A DNA stretch of 63,486 nucleotides, counting the filler, from Pelomyxa schiedti (lineage: Eukaryota; Protista; Evosea), in NCBI GenBank assembly GCA_020536535.1. It is 4 parts of 4 records of this genome, joined end to end, with 100 filler letters (N's around TTAATTAATTAA, not from the genome) between each part and the next. Parts side by side here need not be neighbours in the genome. Positions count along the whole stretch, not along the records: positions 20,288 to 33,268 come from JAHLWZ010000710.1; positions 33,369 to 57,570 come from JAHLWZ010001054.1; 2 more parts are not named here. One strand, 5' to 3'. This document shows, in pieces, positions 27,747-41,000 of the stretch (within the stretch, counting starts at the first letter, position 1; each line of letters begins with the position of its first letter). The notes beneath the pieces are model-generated. The model was not told the origin of the DNA, made no database searches, and worked only from the letters and a program-made list of their open reading frames with translations. Both the position numbers and the translations under genes were made by a program.

Positions 27747-28739
27747 TCAGTTGTGACCGTACTTCTCACAAGAGTCAAAGGAATCAGGAGGGAGGAAGAC
27801 AGAGTAATCGGCAATGCAGGGCACAAACGCGGTTGGATCGCCAAGTTCGATTTGGTAAAGAAGGCACCCACTGTTCTCACCCGTGGAGCATGTGATTATT
27901 TGGAACGGCCTCCCTGACGCAGCGTCTTCTAACACAGTCACTACGTCAGCATGGTATTCCTGGCCTGAAATCAGCATTTAGAATTGTTTGAGAATTTATC
28001 TGCTGGGAAAACCTGAAGCGTAATACTCGCGGACATTGCTGTACTGAAGGCAAGGCCATGAAACAAGGTTCGCGGGATCAGCTGCCCACACACTCCCCTC
28101 ATCTTCTGCCTGCATTAATGTGTGAGATTTTAAGGATTGGTTATGGTTGGTAATGGTGGAAGTCACTCACGAGACTAAAAGAAAGCTCAGTGAATATGGG
28201 ACCATACCACACCAGGTCACCAGTATAACAGAAGTGCAAATCCGTGCCGTAGTAAGGAGTGCCCCATGAATAAGTGACCGCGTTTTCTGTCTAGAGAAAG
28301 GAGTGAATCCCGTTTTGAAAAAAAAAAACAAGGCTTTTCATTAAGTTGGGGTGGGGGGATGTTACACACTGCAAAAACGGACACATTGAAACCAGTGTGA
28401 GGCACAGAATAGTAGATGTCCTTTCGGTACAAATTCTGCGCCGGATCCGCGTATTGTACCCCTATCTGTGTTAATGAAGTCGAAAAACGAAAACTACGGA
28501 AGAAACCTTCACCCAGGAAAATCCAAGGAAGAACGGGAGTGAAAGGTCCCTCCTCCGCCGCGTACAATTTGAATTTCATCGTGTATGGGAACTGAACCAC
28601 GGAGAGTGGGTGGGTCAAAACAGATAATGGCTATGCTTACCGTCCCAATGTGGGCCCTCTCCGGCAGAACGTCGCCATTCGTAGCACTCACCAGAGCCGT
28701 AAACACAGCAACCCAAAAAGCCGTTGTTGTAACCGTCAT
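27747..28739 (-). CDS. Secreted EPDR-like protein, paralog B
   Basis: MTVTTTAFWVAVFTALVSATNG signal; same exon structure and motifs as paralog A. Confidence 0.7.
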
Positions 28740-28898
28740 TTTGAGTTCTGTAAGAAGTGATTTCGCGGCAATCAAAAGGAGACGATGGGACAATCACACA
28801 GCACTAAAGGGGACAAACATCCACCCCACGCGCAGCAGGACAAACCGCAAGTGTTGATCCAAACACCCAGTACTGCTACCAAGGATGTCTCCAGTCAG

Positions 28899-31343
28899 AT
28901 GCATCAGATCCAGTGGCCGCAAATGCCAGCGCCCAGCGATGGGCCAGTGTCCCCCTGGCCGAAAAAAGAACAATTACGGCGCGAGCGCAACGTGGTAATC
29001 AGTGCGATAATCAGTAGCGGCTCTCCCACAATGATGCCAAACCCACACAGCATGAGGTCGTATTTGGAGGCCGAGGTTGATAAACGTACCTTCAACGAGC
29101 GCCGTGCCATTATGGGACGGTNNNNNNNNNNNNNNNNNNNNNNNNNNNNNNNNNNNNNNNNNNNNNNNNNNNNNNNNNNNNNNNNNNNNNNNNNNNNNNN
29201 NNNNNNNNNNNNNNNNNNNNNAGTGCGATAATCAGTAGCGGCTCTCCCACAATGATGCCAAACCCACACAGCATGAGGTCGTATTTGGAGGCCGAGGTTG
29301 ATAAACGTACCTTCAACGAGCGCCGTGCCATTATGGGACGGTACTGGCGGAGTTGGTACGCGCCCATGCGACGGGCCAAGACAGCCCCACGGCACGCACC
29401 CATAAGTGCAGGTGACGAACCAACTCGCGGCGCAGATGAGGAAGGAGATCCGAGTGGCAAAAAGGAGGACTACGAAGTGGCACTGCCTGCGATTCCAAAA
29501 GACGTAGTTTCTGCCATCGATGCTAATCTCCGAGGAAAGTTGGAAGAAGTAATGATGGGATTCTCAATGAGTAGGCCGTCTGGGCCAACACCTTATAGCT
29601 GGTATTTTTATACTGAAGAGCCTGAGTGCCAAAGGCCCAAAACTGCTGGATTGCCTCCTTTCAATGTTTGTAAAAATCAAATTGAAAAAAACAAGGAAGC
29701 ATTAGTTAGAAAAGTGAAATAATGTAAGGTAATAAGCACTAGTCCTCTTATCCAATACAATTAAATACCTCTTCACGTAGGAAGACCAAATTCAGTTAGT
29801 GGAAAACCGAATAAACTGGTGCAGACATCGTAAGTGTATCTCTTGGGCAAGGAATCTTCTGGCTACTGGTTGCACACATGCACTGATTACTACAGCCTGC
29901 ACTCAGGCCTGGTCCGAATGGTATCCAGAGGGCATATGTGCTACCTTGAAGGCCACCGCGGCTTGGAAATTGATGCAAAGTGGGCTCCTCTATTCTCGTT
30001 AGCCTGACCACTAAACAATTCTCAGGGTCATGCAAGCTCATGTCTGAGCAGTGCGTATCTTTCATGTGTGGTGCTCACCCCCGTGTGGGGAAGAGTAGCC
30101 CTCTTTCCGCTCTTGGATATGATGTTTTGAGGTGCATTCTAATGATGTTTGGACGGTTAAGATCTTGTGAATTCGACGGAATGCACAGAGAGCCACCGCT
30201 AACAGAGTACGAGAAGTCATTTGAGATGTCTTATAAGTGGCCTCCACCAAGTGAATTTGCAGTATGTGCATTTGGAAACTTTGACACTGAACAGAAGCAA
30301 TCATACATCGCACTGAGCTCTTGTATGTCCAACATCTTCTATCACTATTAATTCAATTCTACCAAGTGGTTTTTGCATATGCTATTGTTTATGAATTTGG
30401 CCCGTGGATTTCGCTTGAGGATTTTGTATCTGGTGTTGGTTTGTCGAGCTTTTTTTCCCAATATTTTTGTTTATTTGAAAGAGGTTGGAAATGTTGGGAA
30501 CCTCCAGTGTTTTGCATTCCTACAACATGGGGCACATGCAAACACTCCACAGGAGAGGTTTATGGCAATAAGGCTGCATGAGACGTTGTTTGGCGTTCTA
30601 TCTGAATCAAAAGAGTCTAAGGTTTGTATACAAAATCCGGTAAAAGCGTTGATTAACGCACGGCAGTTCCGCAAGTGTTTTACAGGTGATGGCTTCGTAT
30701 TGATGGCTAATGGTTCTCGGCGGTAATGTGAATTGTATCTCTTTTTCCAATTTAGTTACATCTCTACAGGCGTGCACGTGATATTCACGTTGGGGACTCT
30801 CTGAAGACAGAATCCGGAACGAAAAAAGTCTGCCGTGTAGAAATGAGAACCGTAAACTGTGCAATTCCAATGTGTGAAGTTTCTGGTGTTTGGCTTACAC
30901 CGGGGCACCCGGTTCTCGTTGTAAGTAATTATGGAATCTTTCCAACTCAAGTTAACTAAACAAAGGGCGGAACGTGGAAACACCCATTCGAAATAGTACC
31001 GGTCACAACGGTGTTTGTTGCTGACCTCTTCAACTTTGAACTCTCTGGAGGACCCCTATCACATGACCACTCTGTGTGGATCAACGGACTCCTAGTACCC
31101 TCCCCTCCAATCCCATTTCCACCCTCAAAACAACAACTAACAAACATAACAAACAAACATAACCTAACATACCCACCCACGTAGGTGTGTACACTTGGGA
31201 AGAACTGCGGCCCTCGCATTGTAACAGGATGGCCACGGGCTGATGATGTGGCTGGAACGGGATACTGGAGAAACGGCTCTTCATATTGGTCTCACTCGTT
31301 ATCATTGCTGCTACCACCTTGTGCTTATTATTCTTCAGCTTAA
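28899..31343 (+). CDS. Hint-domain (Vint-type) protein with an unrecognised N-terminal region, multi-exon
   Basis: CFTGDGFVLMANGSRR|RARDIHVGD..WLTPGHPV..LFNFEL..HSVWINGLL|VCTLG; start and N-terminal exon chain uncertain. Confidence 0.75.
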
Positions 31344-31459
31344 GACAATGCATCAAGGATTTTGTGTCATGTTAATGTTGTAACTGTGTGAGTGAAAGGA
31401 AAATAAATATCTCTTTTCCAAAATGAGTAAAGAGCACACAGTTGTCTCAGTGAGGGGTG

Positions 31460-32673
31460 CTAGGTCCTTGGACCACAGCCAAAGGTATCAGGAGGGAGGA
31501 AGACAGAGTAATCAGCAATGGAGGGCACAAACGCAGTTGGATCACCAAGTGCGATTTGGTAAAGAAGGCATCCGGTGTCCTCTCCTGTAGAGCACGTGAT
31601 TATTTGGAACGGCCTCCCTGATGCGGCGTCTTCAATCACAGTCACAGTATCCTCGCCATAGTCTTGGCCTACGCAGAGTTAATCAAACATATCAGTGTAG
31701 AGGTTGAGGTCAATTTATAGTTATGTAGGGAGATAAACCTAAGGCATAGTATTCGCGAACGTCGTCGTACTCTATGCAAGGCCAAGTAACCAGGTTCTCG
31801 GGGTCTGATACCCACTTGCTCCCAACAGTAACCGCCTTGGAGAGTTTGGCAAAGAGTAAGTAATTTNNNNNNNNNNNNNNNNNNNNNNNNNNNNNNNNNN
31901 NNNNNNNNNNNNNNNNNNNNNNNNNNNNNNNNNNNNNNNNNNNNNNNNNNNNNNNNNNNNNNNNNNATAGTATTCGCGAACGTCGTCGTACTCTATGCAA
32001 GGCCAAGTAACCAGGTTCTCGGGGTCTGATACCCACTTGCTCCCAACAGTAACCGCCTTGGAGAGTTTGGCAAAGAGTAAGTAATTTGATTTCATACCGT
32101 CGTGAAAGAATCAGCGGTGAAAACAGGTCCCCACCAGAATAATGATTCTGTGTAGCAGAAATGCAAGTCGGCACCAGCGGTATAACCATAATAAGGGGTG
32201 CCCCAGATATAAGAGACATTACTTTCTGTCTTGAGAAGTAAAAGAACAATCAGTACAAGAACGAAGAATTAGAGTGATACCGTGAATATGGAGACATTGA
32301 AGCCAGCGTGAGGAACAGAATAGTAAACATCCTTTCGATAATAATTTTGTGCCGGATCAGCATACTGAACGCCTAGGCGAAAGTCAACCGGATTAACTTT
32401 AGCTTACACAAACCTCCACCAATAAGGGTCCACGGAAGAGTGGGCACTCTGTAGCCATCACAAGCATACAATTTGAACTTCATCGTGTATGGCGTCTAAG
32501 AACATGTATGTGTCAAAGGAAAGGGTTAAAAAAAAAAAAAAAAAACCCCAGTCCACAAAGGGACAACAACAAAATGCACATACAGTGCCAAGGTGAGATC
32601 TGGCAGGGAGAGATCCCGCAACCAACACCACTGTCAACAAACACGCCGATACCACAACCAATAATCCCTTCAT
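31460..32673 (-). CDS. Secreted EPDR-like protein, paralog C (spans a gap)
   Basis: MKGLLVVVSACLLTVVLVAG signal; WGTPYYG..DLHFCYT; SDPENLVTWPC; DYSVFLPPDTFGC. Confidence 0.7.
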
Positions 32674-32874
32674 CTACTTGGTAGTCCTGTCCTCTCTCTT
32701 GGTTGTTTTTTTTGGTTTGTTTTGTTGCGGAGCTGATGTCGGCATCTCAACGGACGACCCCAACCGGCAACCCCAAATGTCATGACTAAAAAATATCAAC
32801 AGCGGGATTTGTCAGATCCTAAGATTCAATGGCATCTCTTTGGTGCTACACGACTGCTTGGCTTTTGAGGCTAT

Positions 32875-33268
32875 TCAAGGACTGAGGATTGTGTGGGATG
32901 ACAGTGTGACATGTGTAGGACCCTCCAGTATCAACGCCACTGTGTTGGTGAGTGTGTCCACGATGGTTAGTTTGGGCCCGTCAATGATCAGAAGGAGACA
33001 GGACCCGATCCACATCGACGGCAGTTCCGGGAGACTCACTTGGTGTTCTGGAATTATTATGGGATCAGATGCCGGAATGCCAGTGTCATTTGGGATGGAA
33101 TCAGTGGAATAAATGCCTATAGTGGTTGTTGTTGTGGAATCGGGTTCCGGGTCCACCTGTTGAAGGCTGAAGTGGGTGGAATCCAGCTGAGTGACAGCAG
33201 CAATTCTACAGTAGCTTGGAGTGGTGAGGGGAATTTTCCTCAGCCTGGCTGTATTTACTGGCTGAAAG
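32875..33268 (-). CDS. 3' fragment of a hypothetical protein, cut by a gap
   Basis: C-terminal LTIVDTLTNTVALIL resembles the ends of the intronless family genes (IIDARTGIHVLTF, LIEEASGITILRL). Confidence 0.35.
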
Positions 33269-33312
33269 NNNNNNNNNNNNNNNNNNNNNNNNNNNNNNNN
33301 NNNNNNNNNNNN

Positions 33313-33324
33313 TTAATTAATTAA
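33313..33324. other. Artificial linker TTAATTAATTAA in an N gap
   Basis: Centred in a 100-nt gap. Confidence 0.95.
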
Positions 33325-33991
33325 NNNNNNNNNNNNNNNNNNNNNNNNNNNNNNNNNNNNNNNNNNNNGTGTAATGTGGCAAATGAGTTCTCACTATCAT
33401 TATTCATGTACTAATAATTAGTGTGCTCACATCACAATGGCCGTTGTGCCATCCTCATGTGTTACATTGGCAGTGATGTCAACACGCCACTCTCTCACAC
33501 TGTCCCCGCAAACCACAACCAACAACCCTCATCAAAGCCACAGAATCACCACACAACAACAACAAACAAAAGTACCCCCATCCAGACACAGAGATGCGAC
33601 CTCGCACGTGTTTCCAAAAAATGCCACAACATTCGGATTTTTTTTTTGGAGAAGGAGGTTTTCGATGAAACCAGTGCCACAGAAGTTTTTGGCCAGAACT
33701 TTGAGGCCCACCTGTGCATAAGGAGAACTATGTTGGTCAGCTACAACAGGAAGTTTAAGTTTGAACCAAACACAAGCATCAAACAGAAGAATTGTTGACC
33801 CATTACAGTTGTAAGGTACCCAACAATCCCTGATTACTATAATAACTACGCCTGGTTTGGGTTCAATCCCCCAAGTCTCAGTGCTAATAATAATGTTTCT
33901 CCTGAGCTACAAACTGAGTTTTTGTTTGAAAAACTAAAACTCCGCCAACGAACCATCTCTGTACAATCACCAATACATGCCAAGTTTGTTC

Positions 33992-35041
33992 TCATGAGGA
34001 GCTACTGTAGCTGTTATCTTCGTAATCGTCGTTGTCAGAGAACCGGTGTGTATCATACATAGCATCGACGGCTGACATTTGCAGTTTGGGTTTGTTCTTG
34101 CTGTTGTTGTTTGGTTTGTGAGTGGTTGTTGTTGTTGCTGCTGTTGTATTTATGTGTGTGTTGTTGTGTGGTTTTTGAGGGAAAGCAACAGAATGTTGTG
34201 GTTTGTTTGTTGTTGTTGTGTGGTGATTCTGTGGCTTTGATGAGGGTTGTTGGTTGTGGTTTGCGGGGACAGTGTGAGAGAGTGGCGGGAGTTTGGAATT
34301 ATGGGATGTGTGGGGCTGTTGCTTGTGCTGGTGATGAGGTGTTGTTGTTGTTGCATGATGCAATGGGTTGTTTGTGGGTGCCGGTTTGGTTCCGGTTGTG
34401 GCGGAGAGGTTGTTATGCTTTTTGGGTGCACCTGTGGTGTGCATGCTGTGTGAGAGACTTGTGGGAGAGGAGGACGGGAATTGAGGGGGATGGTGGCTGG
34501 TGGAGTGAGATAAGCCCGCCGGGCCCGGCGCCGTGGTTGCGATTATGGGCTGGTGTGCAACAGGCGGTGGTGGGTAGAGTATCGGCGGCAGGTTCTTTGG
34601 CTGATTCGGAATTTGTTGGGACCTGGATAGGTGGACTTGTGGCTTGTTGTTGTAGCTGGTGGTACTTGCTGCAGGAGAGTGATGCGGGAGTGGCTGCCGT
34701 TGTTCGGGAAGCTTCATTGTTGCGGAGTGTGTAGGTGAGTGCTTGCTGGGTGTTAGTTGTGAGGTTCTTGCGTGGCGGGGTGGTGGCTCGGCGTAGGGTT
34801 CGGGTTCATCACTGAAGCTCTCGGGGTCCTCAGAGGAATATGCCTCATCCTGTTCGCTGCGACTTCGGCTGCGGCCGCTACTGTGGCTGCTGCTACTGCT
34901 CTGTGGCTCACTGTTGTTGTTGTCATCATGGAAATCAAGATTGTTCATTTTGACTGTGGCTGTCATCTGCTTAACGTAAGGGCAAATAAAAAGAAAATTG
35001 CAAAATATCACCCCAACTGGCCGGACAAACTCGGGTTCCAT
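33992..35041 (-). CDS. Low-complexity H/P/S/T/N-rich ORF, probably the last exon(s) (cytoplasmic tail) of the giant receptor gene
   Basis: 349-codon ORF; small exons at ~35100-35195 could link it to the upstream gene, but the phase is not fully resolved. Confidence 0.55.
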   Translation of the reverse strand: MEPEFVRPVGVIFCNFLFICPYVKQMTATVKMNNLDFHDDNNNSEPQSSSSSHSSGRSRSRSEQDEAYSSEDPESFSDEPEPYAEPPPRHARTSQLTPSKHSPTHSATMKLPEQRQPLPHHSPAASTTSYNNKPQVHLSRSQQIPNQPKNLPPILYPPPPVAHQPIIATTAPGPAGLSHSTSHHPPQFPSSSPTSLSHSMHTTGAPKKHNNLSATTGTKPAPTNNPLHHATTTTPHHQHKQQPHTSHNSKLPPLSHTVPANHNQQPSSKPQNHHTTTTNKPQHSVAFPQKPHNNTHINTTAATTTTTHKPNNNSKNKPKLQMSAVDAMYDTHRFSDNDDYEDNSYSSSS

Positions 35042-35099
35042 AAATAGGCCACTACACTGGGATTAAACATTAAAGTTTGAATAAGCATTGGGTTACTTG

Positions 35100-38000
35100 T
35101 AATGCGATGAAGCCAACTCAGAAATGTGTGACCGAACTGATTTCTGTGGGGAGGTTCTTTCTCCTGCGTATGTGCTTACCAAGGGATTTTGTGTCCTGTG
35201 AAAAAATGTCAGTTTGGCAAGTTAAAAATCTATGGAACGCACTTGGACAGTGAAGCTGTGTTCATAAACACAAGTGGCTGTGAGGGCAGTACAGGTGGTG
35301 CAGTAGCTCGTGTCACAGATGGCAGCGCAGATACCGCTGGAGCTCCTTGGTGTTGTTGCTGAGCAAAAGCCGCGGTGTGGTGCAATTGGCTTTGGGCTGG
35401 AGGAAGTCTGATGGTGTTCAATGCTGACATCTCAATACCCACAGCAGAAGCCGGACCAGACGTTAAAGTTGTTGGCCGCTGAGCTTCATCTGCAAAAACC
35501 ACAAGAGATTTACTCCTTGTTGCTTTTTAGTGTGTTGAGGAAGAATCGGTTGGCAAACCTGGCATCAGTAGGCTTGATGAAGAACCGAATCAAAAAGATA
35601 ATGTGTGCTAAAACAACACCTGCGATACATCCCAGATGCACAATACCTACCAGATAGAGTATCACTGAAGGCATCTATGGGAATAATTAGAATAAAATGG
35701 TACAAGAAAGCACTTACAGTGTCAAATGACGAAAGGAAGTTGCACAAGACCCCAAATAGGGCAACGAGAAGTGTGGAACTAGACAGGAAGAACTCCCACC
35801 GAGTAGTATATATTCGACGGAACATAAGGAGAAGAAGCATTAGGCAAATCAACGCCTTAAGGAAAGGAGAAATATGTTGGAAAGAGCAATTTATCCAAAT
35901 AGATACCACTGAGAGCAAAAATTGAGGCAATCGGTATGGTGAAACAAGTACATTCACAGCACAGAGCAAGAATAAGAATCCAAGAAGAAGGGGTCCATAG
36001 TAGTAGCTTGAGGTTTCAAATACTTCATACATAAAACCAAAGAAAGGTTTTACATTGACCTTGCGTTTTTATTATCACAAATCATTGTTTTTGGAAGAAA
36101 TGCACACATCATCTAGTCTAGTCTCGAATTTCCACATCAAGAAGAAGGATGCAATAGGAAATGGAACTGAAAACAGAAGAAGAATTGCGTAGCTCATCAA
36201 CATTACAAAAACATGTGTGCCCTCGTAACAGGTAGTTCCCCGGTCCCAGTTCAACACACTGCGACCGACTTGAGTAAATGGTTGGCAGTCAACCCCCTGA
36301 AGAAAGTGTCATGCATCAGGTTATGAAAGAAGAACTACCTGTAGAGCACGTGTCGTTATAGTCACGTAGGAGATGGCGCAATAGACCATGACGGTCCTCA
36401 CAGTAGAAAAGATGGCTCTTTCAAAAAGATCAGGATCCACAAGGAAGCTGTAAGCAAGAGTGCCACAAACTGGAGGTACGGAATTAAATAAAAGGGAAAT
36501 AAGGAGTGTTTCACACCAAAAAATGTAAGGCACAATGCATTCACCAGAATTGTATCGAAAAATATCTGAGTGAGAGACTGTGGGAGCAGTGTACAAGCAG
36601 GGCGTATAAACACCCCAACATCAAGAATTCCAAAAGTGATGTCTGTGTACGCTTCAGTCATGAACTTGGGTGTGTTCTCAGTGGCCATTTGCTTTCAAGA
36701 AAGATTGTAAGTCAGTGATTTTAAGACAGATAGATTCACATACTCCACAAACAACAATAGTCTGCAGAAGAACCAATGTCCACGCTAATCTTGCCACTTT
36801 TCTCGTATCAAGGTTGAGCAGTGCAAACAATAGCAATAACAAAAAGATGAAGTAAAACCCTGCCAGGATGAATATCCACCAGCTTTCGCAAGTTTCACAT
36901 AACTCACCCTGATCACGACTTTAAGCAAGAGAAACAGGCAAAGAGTTCCTACCTGTTGGTAGTAATCATCTTTGCACAGCCCACAGAATTGACCAGTATA
37001 ACGTTCACTGCACTCAGAGAGCCTACCCCCAAGGCATCTCTCATGAGGTCTGCACTCAACAACCCACCCACAGTCCTCACCTTCATTCCACCATCCTGCA
37101 TCTGGCCATAGCCTGTTACCCCCTGGACATATTGCACCCCTGGGACATGGATGGCAGTCGGTGCCTTTCCCATAGAAACCAGGTTCTGGGCAGTCTTCTG
37201 TGTAGAGAATTCCAGGTGAAAGCACACCGAAACCCCCATCTGGGTTTGTAACCTGTGACATAAGGGTAACAAGGAACAAGAGAACAAAGGACACACTGTG
37301 ATATTTTGGTAGCCCCCAACAGTGCTGGTAGGGGCATCAAAGTAGAGTATGTCAGATGAAGCCTATGTTTGAGTTCCCTTGAGAAAATGGGAAAATGGGC
37401 AACTTGACATACCCAGATAGATGGAATGCCACTGTAAGCACCAACAGTTACAGTGGCACCAGCCACAAAGTTGGAACCATTAAGAGAATATGTGCCAGGT
37501 TCTGAGGCAAGCGGAGCAACATTGGGCCACACAGATTGGACCTTAGGGAATGTAATTCGCCGGAAAGAGACCTATAAACGAAGGTAAAAAAAAAACTTTT
37601 GCAACGGCACAAACTGTTATTTCAACAGGGAGGAGCTGCTGATAGAGGGGATCTTCACTGTCAATAGTAAGTTTAACTGAAACGAAAATAGTGTCTGATG
37701 TCTCGTATCGTAATGCGTTTCTTATCTATGCAAAAGAGTTATTCATTGTTAGGTCATGTGGCTGAGGTGGACTGTACCCCTTTAACTGAGACCGATACTG
37801 GAATGTTCCAGTTCCCCTCTGTAAAGTTGAGAGTAAGGGGAGATATTACAAGAACTCCTGACGGCAGAGCGGAAATATTCAGAACAACCGGTGATAATGG
37901 TTGACTTGTCAAACAGGTTTCAAAGTACCAGATCTCCCTAAGTTTATTAGCCTTGATCTGGGAGAAGTAGAAAAATACCCTAGTTCCGAGGTTGCCCCGG

Positions 38001-41000
38001 TAATATTTGATACATAGATGGAAGCAAAGTCATTGTTGATATTCCAAACCGGCACTATAAGAGGTAATGTCTGAATCATATTTTAGAGGGTGGCACCAGG
38101 CAAGCATAATATCCAGGGAAAAGTAGACAAACCCGCTTTCGCGAATCCGAGTCAAACCTGATGTAGTATAGAGTATCTCCATCATCGGTGAAGTCATCCA
38201 CACCACGTATCCTGTTGGGAGTCAGGGTCTTACACATTAAGTAAGCCTTACAGGACAGGCTGTGGATAATCCCAATTTGACGAAGAGAACACAATTTGAC
38301 TTGGTGACACAACCTGTTCATGAAAGTCAGTAGTTTTAGCGATCAAATTTAGAGGCCTACTCCTTCTGTAGTGTCAGTGGAAGAAACCGAAATAAGCAGT
38401 ATTCCACTAGAAGGTGGCTGATCAAGTGCAACCCATATTGCTGCAGTTCCGCCAATCTCCGTTGTATTGGCAGTGGCAATTGAAACCTGCAACGATGAAA
38501 ATGAAATACGAAAGCTCAAATCGCTTACTTGGAATGGATCAGAAACATCATTGTCAACATTGAGACAATGTATCACAGAGGGTGCCAACAAGGCGTACTG
38601 CTGATCCCCCATTAAAACACTGACAGAAACTGTATAGAGTATTGGTCTTTTTTTGTTATGGCCAGAAAGTGAAAATTGTGAGTAAAATTGAGAGTCCATG
38701 TAAGCATACCCGTCAGAAAGACTATCATCCACACCATGAATAGTAACTGTTTGGGGAATGTTCCAAACAGAAGGGTCAAACCAGAGCGACAGAGGCGCAG
38801 AAGAGGCCTCACTGGCATCACTTACATAGATTTGGAGAACAACAGTAATGTCCGGCTGTGACCTATTTTTGTTTTTTCCCCTCATTAATGCTAAAAGCCC
38901 TAAGTTGTGCTATCATACAGCAAGCAAACAGTGAAGAGAGTATTTCCTCCAGATTCCGTTGTTCTCCATATGGTTAATTGGCCATCGGGTATTGGAGCAG
39001 GTGAGATGAAAATTCCGGGCTTGTCATTGTCTATGTGCATCAGTGAGTGGGTGCATGCATTTATGCCATCGTATTTCACGTCACTGCTTTGCACTGGACC
39101 ACATTGCACGGTATAGGAAGTATTGCCTTCAGCAATGAAATCATTTGTTTCAATGATAGTGAATGTCTGAGACGAAAATTAAAGAGCTGTCAAATGTGGG
39201 ATGGATTTAAACCTGAATAATATTCCAGTTTTGACTTGAAAACGTTGGGGATCCAGAAGGTGATATGTAAGCCTGAGATGAAGGGGAAACAGAAATTGGA
39301 ATTGTCACTGTTGCAAGGGGCTGGGAGGTCAGCTGAAGTTGGAATGATGACTGTGGAGGAATTTTTTACTTCAGGGGTAGGGAAGGACATGTGACATACA
39401 GTTACAGACCCATCTTCCGTAGTGTATGAAGAGGTAAGGTCACTGCAGTATACAGATGCAATGTCATTATCATTATTGAACATTGGGAGGTTTCTGACCA
39501 CCCCATTAAAGGGAGAAGAACTCCTGAAGGTACGTGAACTTAAATGAAAATGGTTAATGAGTTTACCTATTTGAAGAGGCTGAAAGTGTCAAGGTGTAAG
39601 AAACTGTACCATCAGCAATGTAATCATCTACACCTTGAACGGTAAATTGTTTTGAGGTGCTCCAAGTGCCGGATGTAAAATAGACTACTGAAGGGGATAC
39701 AACCGCCTTGTTTATGTGAGAATAGTGTTTTGATGTGGATCATTTGTAACCTCATTGGTATTGGATGATACAGCATAAACAGTGATTATTTCATTGCTGA
39801 TAGGAGCGGCAGATAACGAGACAGTCACTGTGGCACTAAGTCCGCTTTCAGATGTAAATGCTGAAATGAGAAGGAAGGGTGTGGGTATGGTTAAGGTATC
39901 TATTTATTTTGAAATAAGTACCGGAAGAGCTTGAAACAGAAAGATCTGCCCTGTCATTGTCCAGGTTGGTAACAGAAACGTAAGTTTCACTATTATTGTA
40001 TAAAGAATCCTTGGAACTGGTTGGGCCAAATCCCAAGATACAATGCTGATCTCCATCCACAACGGAGTCATCCAACCCTCGACAGCTTACCACCTATCAT
40101 GATAACTAAGATCTACTGACAATGTGAGAAGTTACTTGAAGCTGGCTCCATGTGGAGCTGCTGAATGTCATCTGGGAAGGAGAACAAGTAATTTCATCAA
40201 GGCAATCACTGTTCACGTGGATAGGGACTAAAACATTTGCCAGTGGTGATGATAAGAGTTTAACTGAGAAGGATGCGGATGCCCCCGCTGTAGAGATCAA
40301 CATTTTAGTTTTTCCTCACCACTGCAAATACAATACCTTCTGTTGTATTTCCAGATGTAGGGGAAACCGACATCCCCCATTGGTCATCATTGATATTTCT
40401 CATGAGTAGTGTTGATGTAACTCCCACAAAACTTGGATCACTTCCACTGCTTGGAGCACATACAGCAGGGCCAACAGTTAGAGAATAAACCACATCTCCA
40501 TCAGCCACATAGTCATCAACACCCACGATAACTATTGTCCAGTTGTTACTCCATGCAGAGGGTAGCACTGAGATTGTTGGGGGTGCAGGGAAAGAAACCT
40601 ATGAGCGAAATGAGGAAAGGTTCAAATAAATGAATAACAACTTTAGCTTCTGAAGAATCGTTGACTGTCAGTGGTAGGACCAATGTACACTGAGGCATTG
40701 CTTGCAGATGGGCCCTGTGGGGAAAATTATCTTACAAGAATTCTGAGGTGTTATGTGATGGAGGGCATACATTATTGAGACAGAACCACCACTCTCGGAG
40801 GTTGTTATATTGTGGTAGAAAAGAGATACTGCAGCAATCTCATTGTCCAAGTTGGTCATAAGGGGGAAGGAATTGCTAAAATCTTGGTTGTTATACAGTG
40901 GATCGGAAGATGAAGTTGGAACAGCTTTGATGTTGTAAGAAACATTGCCATCAGCGTAAAAATCGTCCAGACTGTGAAAATATTACAACAGAAAACTTCA

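Noticed and set aside
29001-29342. 121-bp direct repeat flanking the gap (same at 31746-31866 / 31967-32087)
   Set aside because: Identical length and exact identity around N gaps point to unmerged contig overlaps
30676-31200. Mobile intein
   Set aside because: No homing endonuclease, no terminal His-Asn plus C/S/T, and it contains spliceosomal introns
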